Source: Candidatus Altimarinota bacterium (GTDB lineage: Bacteria > Patescibacteriota > Gracilibacteria > BD1-5 > UBA2023). Taken from it: a DNA stretch of 64,000 bases. Shown here in pieces: positions 32,432 through 44,450 of the stretch. The stretch lies in assembly GCA_043770315.1 (NCBI GenBank), contig JAYVIJ010000040.1, positions 2,872 to 66,871 of the forward strand, read 5' to 3'. The position numbers and the translations under genes are program-made. Below the pieces are notes generated by a model. The model was not told the origin of the DNA and did not search any database. It saw only the letters and a list, made by a program, of their open reading frames with translations. The number at the start of each line of letters is the position of its first letter. The stretch's first letter is position 1.

Positions 32432-34444
32432 ATGGAAAATACTTCTCCTAAGGCATGAATTTCTATTGATATGATCATATCGAAATTCGTACCCATTGTT
32501 TGAGTGACTCTTTTCGTTATAGGGCTCTGATATTTGATTTATAATAGTATTTGGGTAGATCTTGCTATGGAGGCAAAACTGGGACTTGGATTCTTCCTTT
32601 CTCTCGTTATCATAGGAGGTGCATTTTCTTTTTCGGAGAAACTTCGTTATTTTGCTGATGTGGTGATGGGGGGAGGCATACTTCTCCTTTATGGGACACT
32701 TATATATGGTTCACGTGCTACTGAAACAGCGAATGCCGCTATTCCAGAAATAGCAACACTTTTTTCTGCTGGTATTTTTACTCTCGTTTCAGCATATTTT
32801 GCTAAACTCAGACATTCTAAGGTTATATTGGCATTGGGTATCATAGGTGCTTATTTGACACCATTTGTCATTGGAAATGGTGGATGGGATAATCCGGGGA
32901 TATCATTCAATGCATATCTTATATATTTTGCTGCAGTCAATATGATCGTATTTCTTATGGGGAGAGAGATTGCTATACATGATCTCATACCACTGAATAT
33001 GCTTGGGCTTTTTTTCGGGACATCGACGCTCTATCATCTCTCTTATCTGAATAATGCTGATATATCTACGGGCTTTTTCGCTGGACCTGCATTTACCGCA
33101 GTCTTGATCGTAGTACTTCTTGGCTTTTGTATACTTGCTATATCACAGTCAGCAAGTAAGTTTGATCCAAAAGATGAGTTCCAGCTCACTATAGGATATT
33201 TCTTCCCTCTTGCTTGGGCTATACTCAATATAGAAAGACTAGCGGGAATATCACCATTGACTACCATGTGAGCCTACCTTGTTATAGCGGTACTCTACTT
33301 TCTTGCTTGGTATTATGTACGCAATCTTGCCTCTACTCGCACTCTCCATCTCGGTACATATGCAAGTGGTATTATAGCACTTATACTCGCTGTTACTTCA
33401 TATTTTCCAGAATTTACTGTCTATTCGAGCGTTCTTGTCGCCTATATAACACTTATATTTCTTGCAATATATATTTTTGATAATGCCAAATGGGAAAGAC
33501 TTTTTGCGGCTATGATATTTGCATGATTTGGAGGATTTCTCTCCCTATACCATATATATTTTGCCTCAACAGGATGATCTGAGTATCCAACACTTATGTC
33601 TATTATAGCACTCATGCCTGCTATTCTTATCTATCCAGTTTCATATTTTGCTTCTGAGACAAAAGCGAGTTTCCGCGCTCTTACACTACCATTTTCACTT
33701 ATTGCAAGCGTTTTAGCTCTCGTCATTCTTATAGGGAAGCTTCTTTCCACATTTGATTTTATGTTTGTGGTATTTCTCATACCTGCTTTCGTAGCAATAC
33801 TCTATATATATGTGACTGATATGGAGGCAGTAAAAAAATGATTTATTCTTCGATTTGCTCTTATATGGTGAGCATTTGCTGCTATCCTTCCATTTCTCTA
33901 TCTTATAGCAAATCTCGGCCCATGAGTAGCAGATAAAGAGAATTTCTTCATAGCTTGAGGTATATTTGCCAATGAAGATTTCATTAAGGCATTTATCTAT
34001 ATGATCATCCTATTTTTAGGACTTGGTATCAGTCGTCATCTTCAGAAGAAGACATGAAATAATAGGCCTTCCTTCATCCTCGTTATTTTCGCGTATTCCT
34101 TCCTTCTCCTTATTGTAAATTTTTGTATCATTACTCTTTGCAATGATCTTGGTATAGAATTTACGACATGATGACCTCGTGCTATCTGAACTACTCTCTG
34201 GTGGATTGCACTTGCTCTATTTATGCTTATGACGGGTATACATTATGGTCGTATATATCGAAGCGAGAAGCTCCTTTGACTTATCCTCCTTGCTCTTACT
34301 ATAGGAAAGATATGACTCTATGATATGGCAGCTATGAATACAGATAAGAAGATCATAGTATTTATGGTAGTAGGATGAGCTCTCATGATGTTTTCATATG
34401 TCCTTCAGGCGAAATGATATCTTCGAGAAAGTTCCGAGAAATAG
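32432..34444 (+). CDS. Large polytopic membrane protein, DUF2339-like
   Basis: One frame joins 32534..33271 and 33596..33841 and extends to TAG 34442-34444; all gaps were walked. There are about 18 hydrophobic helices. GAYLTPFVIG and the C-terminal LLALTIGKI-G-LYDMAAM...GGALMMFSYVLQ resemble DUF2339. Confidence 0.7.
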
Positions 34445-34468
34445 TTTATTTACTTTCCTCAATATATT

Positions 34469-35416
34469 ATGAGACGTCGTGGCATTAATATTCCTGAAGT
34501 TCCTCAAGGTCCATCTCTTTGGAAAAAAATATGGAATTTTTCTTCTTCGTTTTTCTGTCTAGTATGGAAAGTCATACTTTTCTTATGGTACTGGATACAA
34601 AGGATATTTCTTATAGTATTACTTATCATACTAACAGTATGACTTGCTTGGTGGCTCTCACAAAAACCATCAAATTATCGAGATTGGTCACTTTCTGAGT
34701 CTCTTCTTCAAGAGGTTTCATTCTCATGAAATATTGCCTTGATCAAGAACGTGAGAAATCATCTCTGGAGTACGGAGAAAAATTTTATTCCACAATACTA
34801 TGATGAAAGATATAATCTCGATGAGATCGAATCAGTACACTATATCATAGTACCATTTTCAGATCGTGTTGGACCTGCACATACTATGCTTTCATTTACT
34901 TTTTCAGGAGGTCAACATGTGGTGATTTCTGCTGAAGTAAGGAAAGAGCAAGGTGAATCATTTAGTGCGCTCAATGGTATTCTCAATCAGTTTGAGATGA
35001 TGTATGTAATAGGGAGTGAAAATGATCTTATAAAGTTGCGTACTCACTATAGAAAAAATGAGGTGTATATGTATCCTATTAATACACCAAAAGAGAAAAT
35101 ATCAGCACTTTTTCGTACTATGCTTATACGGGCTGATAAACTTTCCCGTGAACCAGAATTTTATAATACCCTCTGGAATAACTGTACGACAAGCATACTC
35201 CTTCATGCCAATGCTTTCCGTGAAGAGAAAATACCATGGACTATAAAAACGTTGCTCCCTTCCCATTCTGATAGTATCGTTTATAATGCATGACTTATAG
35301 ATACAGACCTATCACTTCCTGAAGCACGATCATATTATCGGATTGATGAAGTAGCTCGTAATACTGCTTCTACAGGTTTGACCTTTTCAGAAATAGTGAG
35401 AAAAGTACGAAAATAA
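34469..35416 (+). CDS. DUF4105 (Lnb N-terminal periplasmic domain-like) membrane-anchored protein
   Basis: N-terminal TM segment, then PSNYRDWSLSE...IKNVRNHLW, VHYIIVPFS...GPAHTMLSFTF, YNTLWNNCTTS. Stop is TAA 35414-35416. Confidence 0.7.
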
Positions 35417-35496
35417 GTTTTTCTTAATAGACAATATATCATTTTTTCAGAAACTTGGACGACTCCTAAAATTCATCTCCAATCTATAGCTTATCC

Positions 35497-36183
35497 ATGA
35501 AGTCTCCCTCCCTTAAAGAATCCTTCTCAATTTCATGTAATAATATTTCACTCTTTTATGGCGAAAAAAGTGTACTTATTTCACAAGATTTCTCACTCAA
35601 AGCTCATGAGAAAGTACTTATAGAGGGTCCATCAGGATCAGGGAAAACTTCATTCTTAAGATTGCTTTCAGGACTCATCCTTCCTGCTGAGTGATCGGTA
35701 CAATATATGCAGAAAAATGAAATTATTGATACAACTTCTTCAAGCTTTTCTGATTTTAGACGTGAAAATATCAGTATGACTTTTGCTGAACCACTATTTT
35801 TTGATACGCTTACCGTTGATCAGAATATTCTTTTTCCTCATATTTTTCTCAGTCTTCCATATCAAAAAAAGTGGAAAGATGATCTCATAGAGACTCTCGG
35901 TATTCGACCACTCCTTACTACGAAAATAGAAGCACTCTCTAGTGGCGAAAAAGATCGAGTCAATCTCATTCGAGCGCTTCTCTATGATCGTCCTATCCTT
36001 TTTCTCGATGAACCAGGTGCTCATATGGATCGACGACTTTTTTCGGTTTTTTTCGAACTTTTATGATCCTATCTCCTTCGCGTCAAGCCTATCACGGTGA
36101 TTATATCCCATTCAGATCGATTTATGTCACTGGTCGATCGTACCTATGTTTGTGAGAATGGTACTATCTTACCACGTATATAA
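35497..36183 (+). CDS. ABC transporter ATP-binding protein
   Basis: Walker A GPSGSGKTS, signature LSSGEKDRV, Walker B ILFLDEPGAHMD. There are two in-frame TGAs. TAA 36181-36183 abuts the next ATG. Confidence 0.9.
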
Positions 36184-37356
36184 ATGCTTTCTTTTATTTT
36201 TTCACATATTTTTTCACTCAAGATTCGAAGCCTGAGTATTATACTTGTGGTGACACTTCTGAGTTTTCTGATAGCTGTATTTGTCAGTATCTATAAAAAT
36301 ACTCTTTCAGCATTGGATTTTTATGGTCCTACAAATATCGATCCTACGAGAGTGACTTTCGTCTCACAGACGAGTATATTCGATATGTTTGCTAAGGATA
36401 GATGAGGGATTGATGCTACTATTCTTCGCCAAATTCAAAGTGATATGAGCTTTATTCGAACTCGATCATTTGCCTTTGTAGATACCAATACTATAGGATG
36501 ATTCGATATTTTTTCTTTCCATCTTGATACGGATGTTCCTGTATTTACACTTGATGATTCTCGGTGAGATCTTCGAGGATTTGGGATATCTCCTTCGATG
36601 ATTCACTACTATAATATCGAACTTGCTGGCTCTCATCCGATGTTTCCCACTCTGGATGAAGATTTTCTCGAATGAAAAAAAATATCTCTTGTCTTTGGTG
36701 CATCGAAAATATTTCAAGTATGAGGGACTCCCTCAACCCCCCTGGAATGAAGTATCGTTAGTGTAGATTCTGATTATCCTGGATTTGGAGTGGTAGGATC
36801 TCGCAGAGATATCGAAAAAAAACTCAGTGAGATTGGGGTTCTACCAAGACAGCCATATAAGGTCATCGCCTATATGAAAGACCTCAATGATCGAACGAAA
36901 GTTGAAGAGTCCTATAGCTCCTTTCTTCCAAAATTTGATAGTGATCTTATTGTGCAAAGACAAAAGCAATTTCGTGCATTATTTTTATCACTTTTTGGAG
37001 TTGGCACTATATTTGGGGGGATTATACTGATACTTTTGGTTCTTCTTTTTCTTGGGTACTTTAGAGAAAAAGAACCACTGTTTCGTCTTGCCCATGTTTA
37101 TGGTATTGCTTCTCCTTATAAGCAGGTTTTACTTTTCGCAGAGTCGACGCTCTTTCTTATTTTTGGTACCATTATCAGCATTCTTGTTATAGTGTTTTTT
37201 CAGAATTTTATTTTTTCGTACCTTTCAAGATTTTTCCATGAGCATGGAGTACTATTCCCACTTGTTTCTCTTTCTTCTTTTGAAATCTTTCTACTCATAA
37301 GTTTTTCTACTATCATCCTTATGTGAGTTATATTCTTTACTTCTCGAAAGAAATAA
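36184..37356 (+). CDS. ABC transporter permease (FtsX-like architecture)
   Basis: One frame joins 36184..36405 and 36790..37326 (gap walked). An N-terminal TM is followed by a ~200-aa extracytoplasmic loop and a C-terminal cluster of three TM helices. It is translationally coupled to the ATPase gene. Confidence 0.75.
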
Positions 37357-37401
37357 GGTATTCTGAAGGGAGAATTATTTATAGTTTCTATTTTCGTAAT
37401 T

Positions 37402-40023
37402 ATGCTTTCCCTTTTTCTCTCTTTGGTGCGATTTATACTCTCACTCCGATATAGACTCACTTTCAAAAATATTGAAGTTTTTGATGCACCTACTCCTGTC
37501 ATTGTATTCCCGAATCATCCAGCTCTCGCTGACCCGATGATCCTCACTTCCTATATAGCGAAGAAAAAGATCCTCTCACCAGTCATGACAGAAACGTATT
37601 TTCATACTCCTGGACTTGGACCTATCGTCCGAGCTCTTCGTACTGTTCCGGTAGGGGATATCGCAAAAGGATGAAGTATCGAGGATGTGAAAAAAGCATT
37701 TCAAGGCATTAAAACTGCTATGAAGAATGAGCAAAATATACTCATTTATCCATCAGGACATATTTATGTTCAACCATTTGAGCATATCGTCGGAAAGAAG
37801 ATGGCATATGAGATCGTAGGCATGCTCGATGGTGATACGAAGATTATCATTGCTCGTACTAAGTGACTTTGGGGAAGTATGTGGGGGAAGGCTTATACGG
37901 GGACTTCACCGAATCTTACGGCAGTACTCCTTCGTTCTTTCTGGCATATCATCGCAAATTTCATCTTCTTTATTCCGAAACGAGATATCACCATCGAGTT
38001 TTGTGATATGACGAGCAAGCTAAAAGAATGGCATACTCTTGGACTCGATACATTTAATCAAAAACTCCAAGACTACTATAATGAAGCAGGAAATGAGGAG
38101 TGCAGATTTATCCCTCATTATTTCTACTACGATGACACGAAGTGAAAAAAAGAACCACAGAGCATAGAAGGATCGATCGCTGAAGTGGGTGCATCGAGTG
38201 GTTTTTCTCTCGATGATATACCCAAAGATATCATCGATCAGGTGCGAGAAAAAGTCGCGACGATCAAGAAGATCGATATTAAAGATATCTCATTCAACAC
38301 GAATCTGATCCTCGATCTGCATGCTGATTCGCTTGATATGGCGGAATGTAAATCAGCGATCCAGTCCCTTTTTAAAGAAGCATCGAATCCACCTATAGGT
38401 CTTATCAAGACTGTATGAGATCTGGCTGCTATGGCAGTCGGAAAGCTCGAGTGAGAAGAGAAGCTTGCTTCGGTCTCATTTCTTTCCCCGAAAGAAGAGA
38501 AGATCGTATGTACCTATAGTCTATGAGATACTGTTTTGACGAGAATAAAGAAGAATTTTCAAGCAGAAAAATGAAAGCCATTTTGCTATGATGCTATGAC
38601 GGGGATGATGACGCGAGATGAATTCCTCCTTCGAGCGTATGTAATCTCGGGATATGTAAAGAGATTTTCTCCAGAGAGGATCGGGATTATGCTCCCAGCA
38701 CTTTCTGGCACCTCACTCCTCTTGGTTGGATCATATCTTGCAGGAAAACTTCCCGTTATGCTGAATTGGACTGTCTGAGAGAAATCTTTTGCTCACTGTA
38801 TGGAATTTGCAGGCCTGGATACGATACTTACGAGTCGGAAATTCTATGAAAAAATAAGTTCTCCATGGCTTGCGAAATTCGAAGGGAAAATGATCTTTAT
38901 CGAAGATATCATTCGAAATCTTTCTCCGATGACGAAAGTAATTGCTTTGATCAAAAAAACTTTATTTCTCCTTCCAAGCAGTACTGAAAGTGCTGTTATG
39001 CTCTTTACTTCAGGGAGTGAGTCTCTCCCGAAAGCAGTCGTCCTCTCCCATGAGAATATACTTTCTGATATTGACTGAGCCCTAAAACTTGTACCATTCC
39101 AGCAATATGAGACACTCCTTGGCTTTCTCCCGCCATTTCATAGTTTTGGATTTACTATCAATACGATATTTCCTCTCATTGCTCCCGTCCAAGTCGCATA
39201 TACTCCAGATCCCAATGATGCACGAACGATAGGAAAAATCCTTTTTCATACTGGGGCGAGTATCATTTCTGCGACGCCGACATTTCTGCGTATGATCCTT
39301 TCCAATAATTCCAAAGAAGTTCTCACATCGCTTCGATATGCTTTCATCGGTGCTGAGAAATGTGGAGATGATGTCTTCTCACTTTATAGAGAAAAATGTC
39401 CAAAATGATCTATTTTGGAGTGATATGGTATCACAGAATGTTCACCGATCGTTACGGTAAATACACTCGAAAAACAAAAAAAATGAAGTGCATGAAAATT
39501 CCTTCCTCATATACAGTATGCTATCCGTGCACTCGATGGAAAAGATAGAGTCAAACCTTGAGAGCAAGGGATGATATATGTGACTGGTCCAAGTATTTTT
39601 GCTGGATATCTTGATCCAAATATCGAAAGCCCATTCGATGATTTTGAAGGGAAAAAATGGTATAAGACCGGAGATCTTGGATATGCTGATAAGGATGGAT
39701 ATCTCTTTATCACGGGTCGACTCAAGCGATTTGTGAAGATTGCTGGGGAGATGATATCTCTTCCTTTTATCGAGACTATCCTGCTCGAAAAATATGGAAA
39801 TCTAGAATTGACGACTCTAGCTCTTGAAGCAAAAGAAGAAGATGGTATGGTGACTATAGTAGCATTTACCACTCTTGATCTTTCTGTCGATGAGTGCAAC
39901 GAATATATCCATACCCATGGAGCATCCAATCTCGTAAAGATCGCTCGTATCCAAAAAATAGATACCATACCGGTACTTGGTACGGGGAAAACGGACTACA
40001 AACAACTTAAATCTTTGATTTAG
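37402..40023 (+). CDS. aas: Aas-like trifunctional fusion: PlsC-type acyltransferase, carrier-protein (ACP) domain and acyl-ACP/acyl-CoA synthetase (AMP-binding) domain
   Basis: Six track ORFs share frame 1 (37402, 37879, 38185, 38596, 38800, 39571) and are joined by TGAs. Acyltransferase motifs are the HX4D FPNHPALADP and YPSGH. The carrier-domain motif is LDLHADSLDMAE (Ser codon 38329-38331). Adenylation motifs are MLFTSGSESLPKAVVLSHENI, E-G-YGITECSP, WYKTGDLG and GRLKRFVKIAGEMISL, very close to what I recall for E. coli Aas. Confidence 0.88.
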
Positions 40024-40028
40024 TATTT

Positions 40029-41327
40029 ATGAAACCGTATCACGCCCTTCTTCGATCTATAGATCGTGAATTCGAGAAAGCACTTGCTTCACTGAAATCT
40101 GATCCACTCTTTACTTCGAATAGAAAAGTCTATACAGCAGATGATAAGGCTCGTATTGCCCATCTATGGAAGGATATTGCTACACCATTTCGACGACTTC
40201 GGAAGATGATCCAGTCGATATATTGGAGATCATTTTTTACTTTTGGGAGTAAGAATAGTTTCGTCGTACAATATGCAGCAGTGACGACATATTATAATAT
40301 GGTATATGAACTCCAACAATCGTTCGGTGACCATGAGGAATTCTTTCGTCAATACCTCGATGACACATTTTCTGAGAATTATTCGACGATCGCTCGGTAT
40401 ATGTACCATATACGATTTTATTCGGTTCTACTCTATCCAAGAGAGTATTTTCTGACACTAAAAGATGAGGTAGATCGGAGTCTTGCTCCAATTTTTGAAA
40501 GACCAGAACGAGCATCTTGAACTATAGAAAAAAGATGGACGCATGATATGTCCAATATTTGGTACTATATCCGTTATAGGATAGGTCTTCTTTTTACTTG
40601 GATTGCGAAACATGGTGGTAGACTCATGCTTCATATACGCCTTTCTCGAAGAGAGCGATGACTTATTACACCTGAGAATGTAGAGAAGCTTCTTCCGATC
40701 ATGAAAGCTTGAGATATCCTTCTCACGAGAGGGAATTGGGCCGCTACGAATATGAATATTCCATGATTTTGGAAACATATGGCGATGTACATCTGAACCT
40801 GACTTTTCCTCAAGCAAAAGTATAATCTTTCATCGAAACTGAATCTCGAGGATGAGGAGCACTATATCATAGAAGCCATATGAGTATGAGTCCAGATCAT
40901 TTCTCTGAAAGCTCTTTGCGATCATAATGATTACCTTGGAGTGATCCGTCCAGCATTTTCTTCTGAGAAAAAGTCGCGAGTACTCACAAAGATTCTTTCT
41001 CTTATGGGGAAAGAGTATGACTACTCCTTTAATTATTATAGCGATGTGAACTATGTTTGTTCTACTCTTGTGACGAAGGTATACCTTCCAGAATCAGAGT
41101 TAGATGAATGACTTCATATTACCCTTACCCGTATAGGTATAAGTATCACTTATCCACCGAATGATATAGTGAAGAAAATGATTTCGGATAAGGAAAATGG
41201 TATTCATGAGCTTGATTTTATAGGGTTTATCGACTCGATCGACAGAAAAGGAGAGAATTTTCTCTCTACAGAAGAGGGCTTTATATCTACTGCAGTACGC
41301 CCAAAACTCAGTTTTTTCTTGCCATAA
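40029..41327 (+). CDS. YiiX/YaeF-like permuted papain-fold (C92/NlpC-P60 superfamily) hydrolase with an N-terminal helical extension
   Basis: Frame 0 was walked from 40029 to TAA 41325-41327. Blocks: KA-G(TGA)-DILLTRGNW, WKHMAMYI-G-T-G, YIIEAI-G-V-G-VQ, KEYDYSFNYYSDVNYVCSTLVTKVY (Cys nucleophile context). Confidence 0.7.
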
Positions 41328-41328
41328 T

Positions 41329-41892
41329 ATGCACTTTTTCGAGTACAAAAAGAAATCTCAAGAAATACTCCAAAAAGCTCATAAGAGGTATGATCATTTT
41401 TTTGAAGGTACAATTTCTGATGAAGGCTTAGAAGCACGATATCATCTTCTTGAATATCTCAGATGAACATTTCACTACATGTGAGGACTTGAGAAAGATG
41501 GAAATGGTACCCCACTTCCTCTTATTATAAAAGATAAATCATACTATTGGTCTATCTCACATTCAAAGAATTATATTGCCTATATCGTATCAGAAAACCC
41601 TGTAGGGATCGATATTGCTGAGCAAGAAATACGAGATATCGGACTTTTTGATATACACCATGCTTCTGAATATGGGATATTATGAGAGAAGAATTGGGCA
41701 GTATTTTATCTTCTCTGGACAGCAAAAGAAGCTATCCTCAAAGTTCATGGAGGAGCTCTCGACGATATGAAAGATATGAAGATATTACAAATGAGTGATG
41801 ATTCTATAAGTATTTTTGGATTTCATGAGAAAATATATACTATAAAGACATATAGAAAATGATCGATGATACTTTCTTATACGTATTCATAA
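41329..41892 (+). CDS. 4'-phosphopantetheinyl transferase (Sfp/AcpS superfamily)
   Basis: WSISHSKNYIAYIVSENPVGIDIAE and FYLLWTAKEAILKVHG. The start lies 1 nt after the preceding stop. There are four in-frame TGAs, so it is absent from the standard-code track. Confidence 0.8.
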
Positions 41893-41893
41893 G

Positions 41894-42700
41894 ATGCTGA
41901 AATTCTTTCTTTCCATTATTTTTATAGCGATCACTGCCTATATCTTGCTGTGCATTTTTATGTACTTCACCCAAGCAAGGCTTCTTTTTTTCCCACCCAA
42001 AGTGCAGTCTTCACACTATGAAAAAATATCTCAAAATATCAATCTCGAGAATATCCAAATAGCGACAAAAGATGGAGATACGCTCGATGGATGGAAACAG
42101 AGAGCCACAAATAAAAAGTATGTTCTTTTATACTTCGGATGAAATGCAGAAGAGGCATCATATTTCGTCGAGAAGTACTCCTATAGAGATACCAATATCA
42201 TAAGTTTTAATTATAGATCGTATGGTCGAAGTACAGGGAAAGCCTCAGAGAAGATCATGTTTTCTGATGCAATACAAATATATGATATTCTCGTAAATGA
42301 CTATCATATTGATCCGAAAAATATAATCCTCATGGGAAGAAGTCTCGGCACAGGTGTTGCTACATATCTCTCAAGTCAAAGATCTGTAAAGAAAGTTATC
42401 CTTGTAACTCCCTATGATTCTGTCGAATCTCTCGCAAAGGAGTGATATCCGTTTATTCCTGTATCACTCCTTCTTAGGAACAAGTTTGACTCACTCTCTT
42501 ATGCATCTATCCGATCGAATCGACTTCTTTGTATCTATGGGGGTAAAGATACTACAATCCCAAATCATCATACAGAAAATCTTCTCAATTACTGGAATGG
42601 AAGTATACAGAAAATCTTCATCCCTGAGGCGACCCATGAAGATATCCTTGATAAAGCTGAGCTTATAGATGGGATCGACCAATTTATTTCACCAACGTAA
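41894..42700 (+). CDS. Membrane-anchored alpha/beta hydrolase (lysophospholipase/esterase-like)
   Basis: N-terminal TM, the oxyanion-hole region LLYF-G-G-NAEE, the nucleophile elbow GRSLG, and late D..H candidates (GGKDTTIP..., ATHEDI). The start lies 1 nt after the PPTase stop. Confidence 0.8.
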
Positions 42701-42709
42701 TATTTTTAT

Positions 42710-43870
42710 ATGAATCGTTCACTTTTCTCACTTCTCGGACTCATCGCTCTCTGGAGTCTGTTCTATGCTGGAGTGAAATACTTCTTCTGGTGAGTCTATG
42801 CAGATGACTTTGCTCCGACTCTTGAGGGGATATCAGGCTATGTGCTTCTCTGAAGTATGATAGCGTATATCATCGGGGGTCCTCTCTATGCCCGCTATAG
42901 TGAGCGTATTATGCTGTTTATGGCTCTTGCTATAGGTATGATATTTTTCATTTGAGCTCTACTTTTACCACCAGTATCTCCAGTATTTTTTAATATATCT
43001 ATGGCGGGTATCGGGCTTGCATATTCGCTCTATGTCATAGGAAAAAATACCCTTATCGGCCGTGAGATAGCAACCTCGACCCTCTGATCTGCCACGATAT
43101 GAGCATTTACGACAGTTGTATTTATCGTATTTCTCGTTTTAGGTACTGTTATAGGATCTAAGATCTGAGAGACTGAAGGTCTTCTCTTCGCATGAATATG
43201 CTACTTCATAGGGCTTCTCGTATTCGTAGGAGGAGATCTTTTCATAACAGAGACGAGAAGGGAGACTTCTGTATTTCGAGCTTCGTGGGCTCTCTATAAG
43301 AAGCTCTTCTCTCGATATGCAATCTTTATGATTGGACTCGCATGCTTCTGGCAGATATCGGTCGAAGCTTCGCAGGTCGCGATCAACTATTCTAAGGATA
43401 TATTCGATACGTCGAACTCTGTTTCTTCACTTCTGCTCCTTTTCTCCTCTGTAGGTGCTATAATCTGAAATATTATCTCAGTGAAATTTTCCCATATGCG
43501 ATTGCGGGCGTTTTCGATTTTTTCTTCGATTTTTATCATTATAATATTCTGATTTTCGAGTATTCTCGATCTTGCAAAAAATCTTGATCAATATGCTATA
43601 GTCCAAGGTCTTGCATTTCTTGTGTGACTTTTCTTTGGAGGAGCGGTAAACCTCTGCGAATCCTATTTCTATAGCCTTCTTGGGAATGATGAAGATAAAG
43701 ACTATACTTCTGCTCTCTATGGTTTTACGTTATCTTTTGTATGAGCGATTATGATGTTTATATCAGAAAAAATCCTCCATACAGGTTCATATGGAGGTAT
43801 TAGTATATTTCTCTGATTTCTTGCCATCATAGCTCTCTATGGAGGAAGAAGGGGTATAGAAATGAAATAA
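42710..43870 (+). CDS. 12-TM MFS-type transporter (LplT-like size and position)
   Basis: The entire frame was walked from ATG 42710 to TAA 43868-43870; it contains 14 in-frame TGAs and no TAA/TAG. It is a hydrophobic 386-aa protein and is absent from the standard-code track. Confidence 0.7.
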
Positions 43871-43883
43871 TTTGATCGAACTG

Positions 43884-43910
43884 AAAAAATCCACTTTAGG
43901 TGGATTTTTT
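43884..43910 (+). terminator. Intrinsic terminator closing the lipid operon
   Basis: aaaaaatccac-tttag-gtggatttttt, located 14 nt after the stop. Confidence 0.8.
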
Positions 43911-43935
43911 CGTATTTTCACTATAATACAACACT

Positions 43936-44424
43936 ATGTCACTCATATCTATCGTCGATGAAGATGATAACATCATCGACTATGTCGAGCGAGATCTCCG
44001 TCGTGATGATCAGATATATCGTGTCTCAGGACTCTGGATCACGAATCCTGCCTGAGAGATACTTATCGCACAAAGACACAAAAATAAAAAACACTATCCA
44101 CTTCTCTGGTGACCTGCCGTCGCAGGAACCGTCGAAAAAGGAGAAACCTACCAGGAAAATATCATCAAAGAAGCCGAGGAAGAACTTGGCATCAAGGATA
44201 TAAGACCAATCCTCTGACCCAAGACCGAGACAACATCAAGATATATCCACTTCACGCAGTGGTTCCTCCTCACGATCGATAGAGAGCTTGATGAATTCAT
44301 ACTTCAAGAAGACGAAGTCGAATCACTCAAGTGGATATCTTCCGAATCTCTCAGAAAAGAATACGCAGAAAGCCCTGATAATTTTGTCCCATCATTTGCT
44401 CTTATACTCCCACTTTTTCTCTAA
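43936..44424 (+). CDS. NUDIX hydrolase
   Basis: Nudix box W-G(TGA)[27 protein letters not shown]. It is 489 nt, in frame, with stop TAA 44422-44424. Confidence 0.8.
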
Positions 44425-44450
44425 ATTTATTCACTTTCAACTTTACTTCT

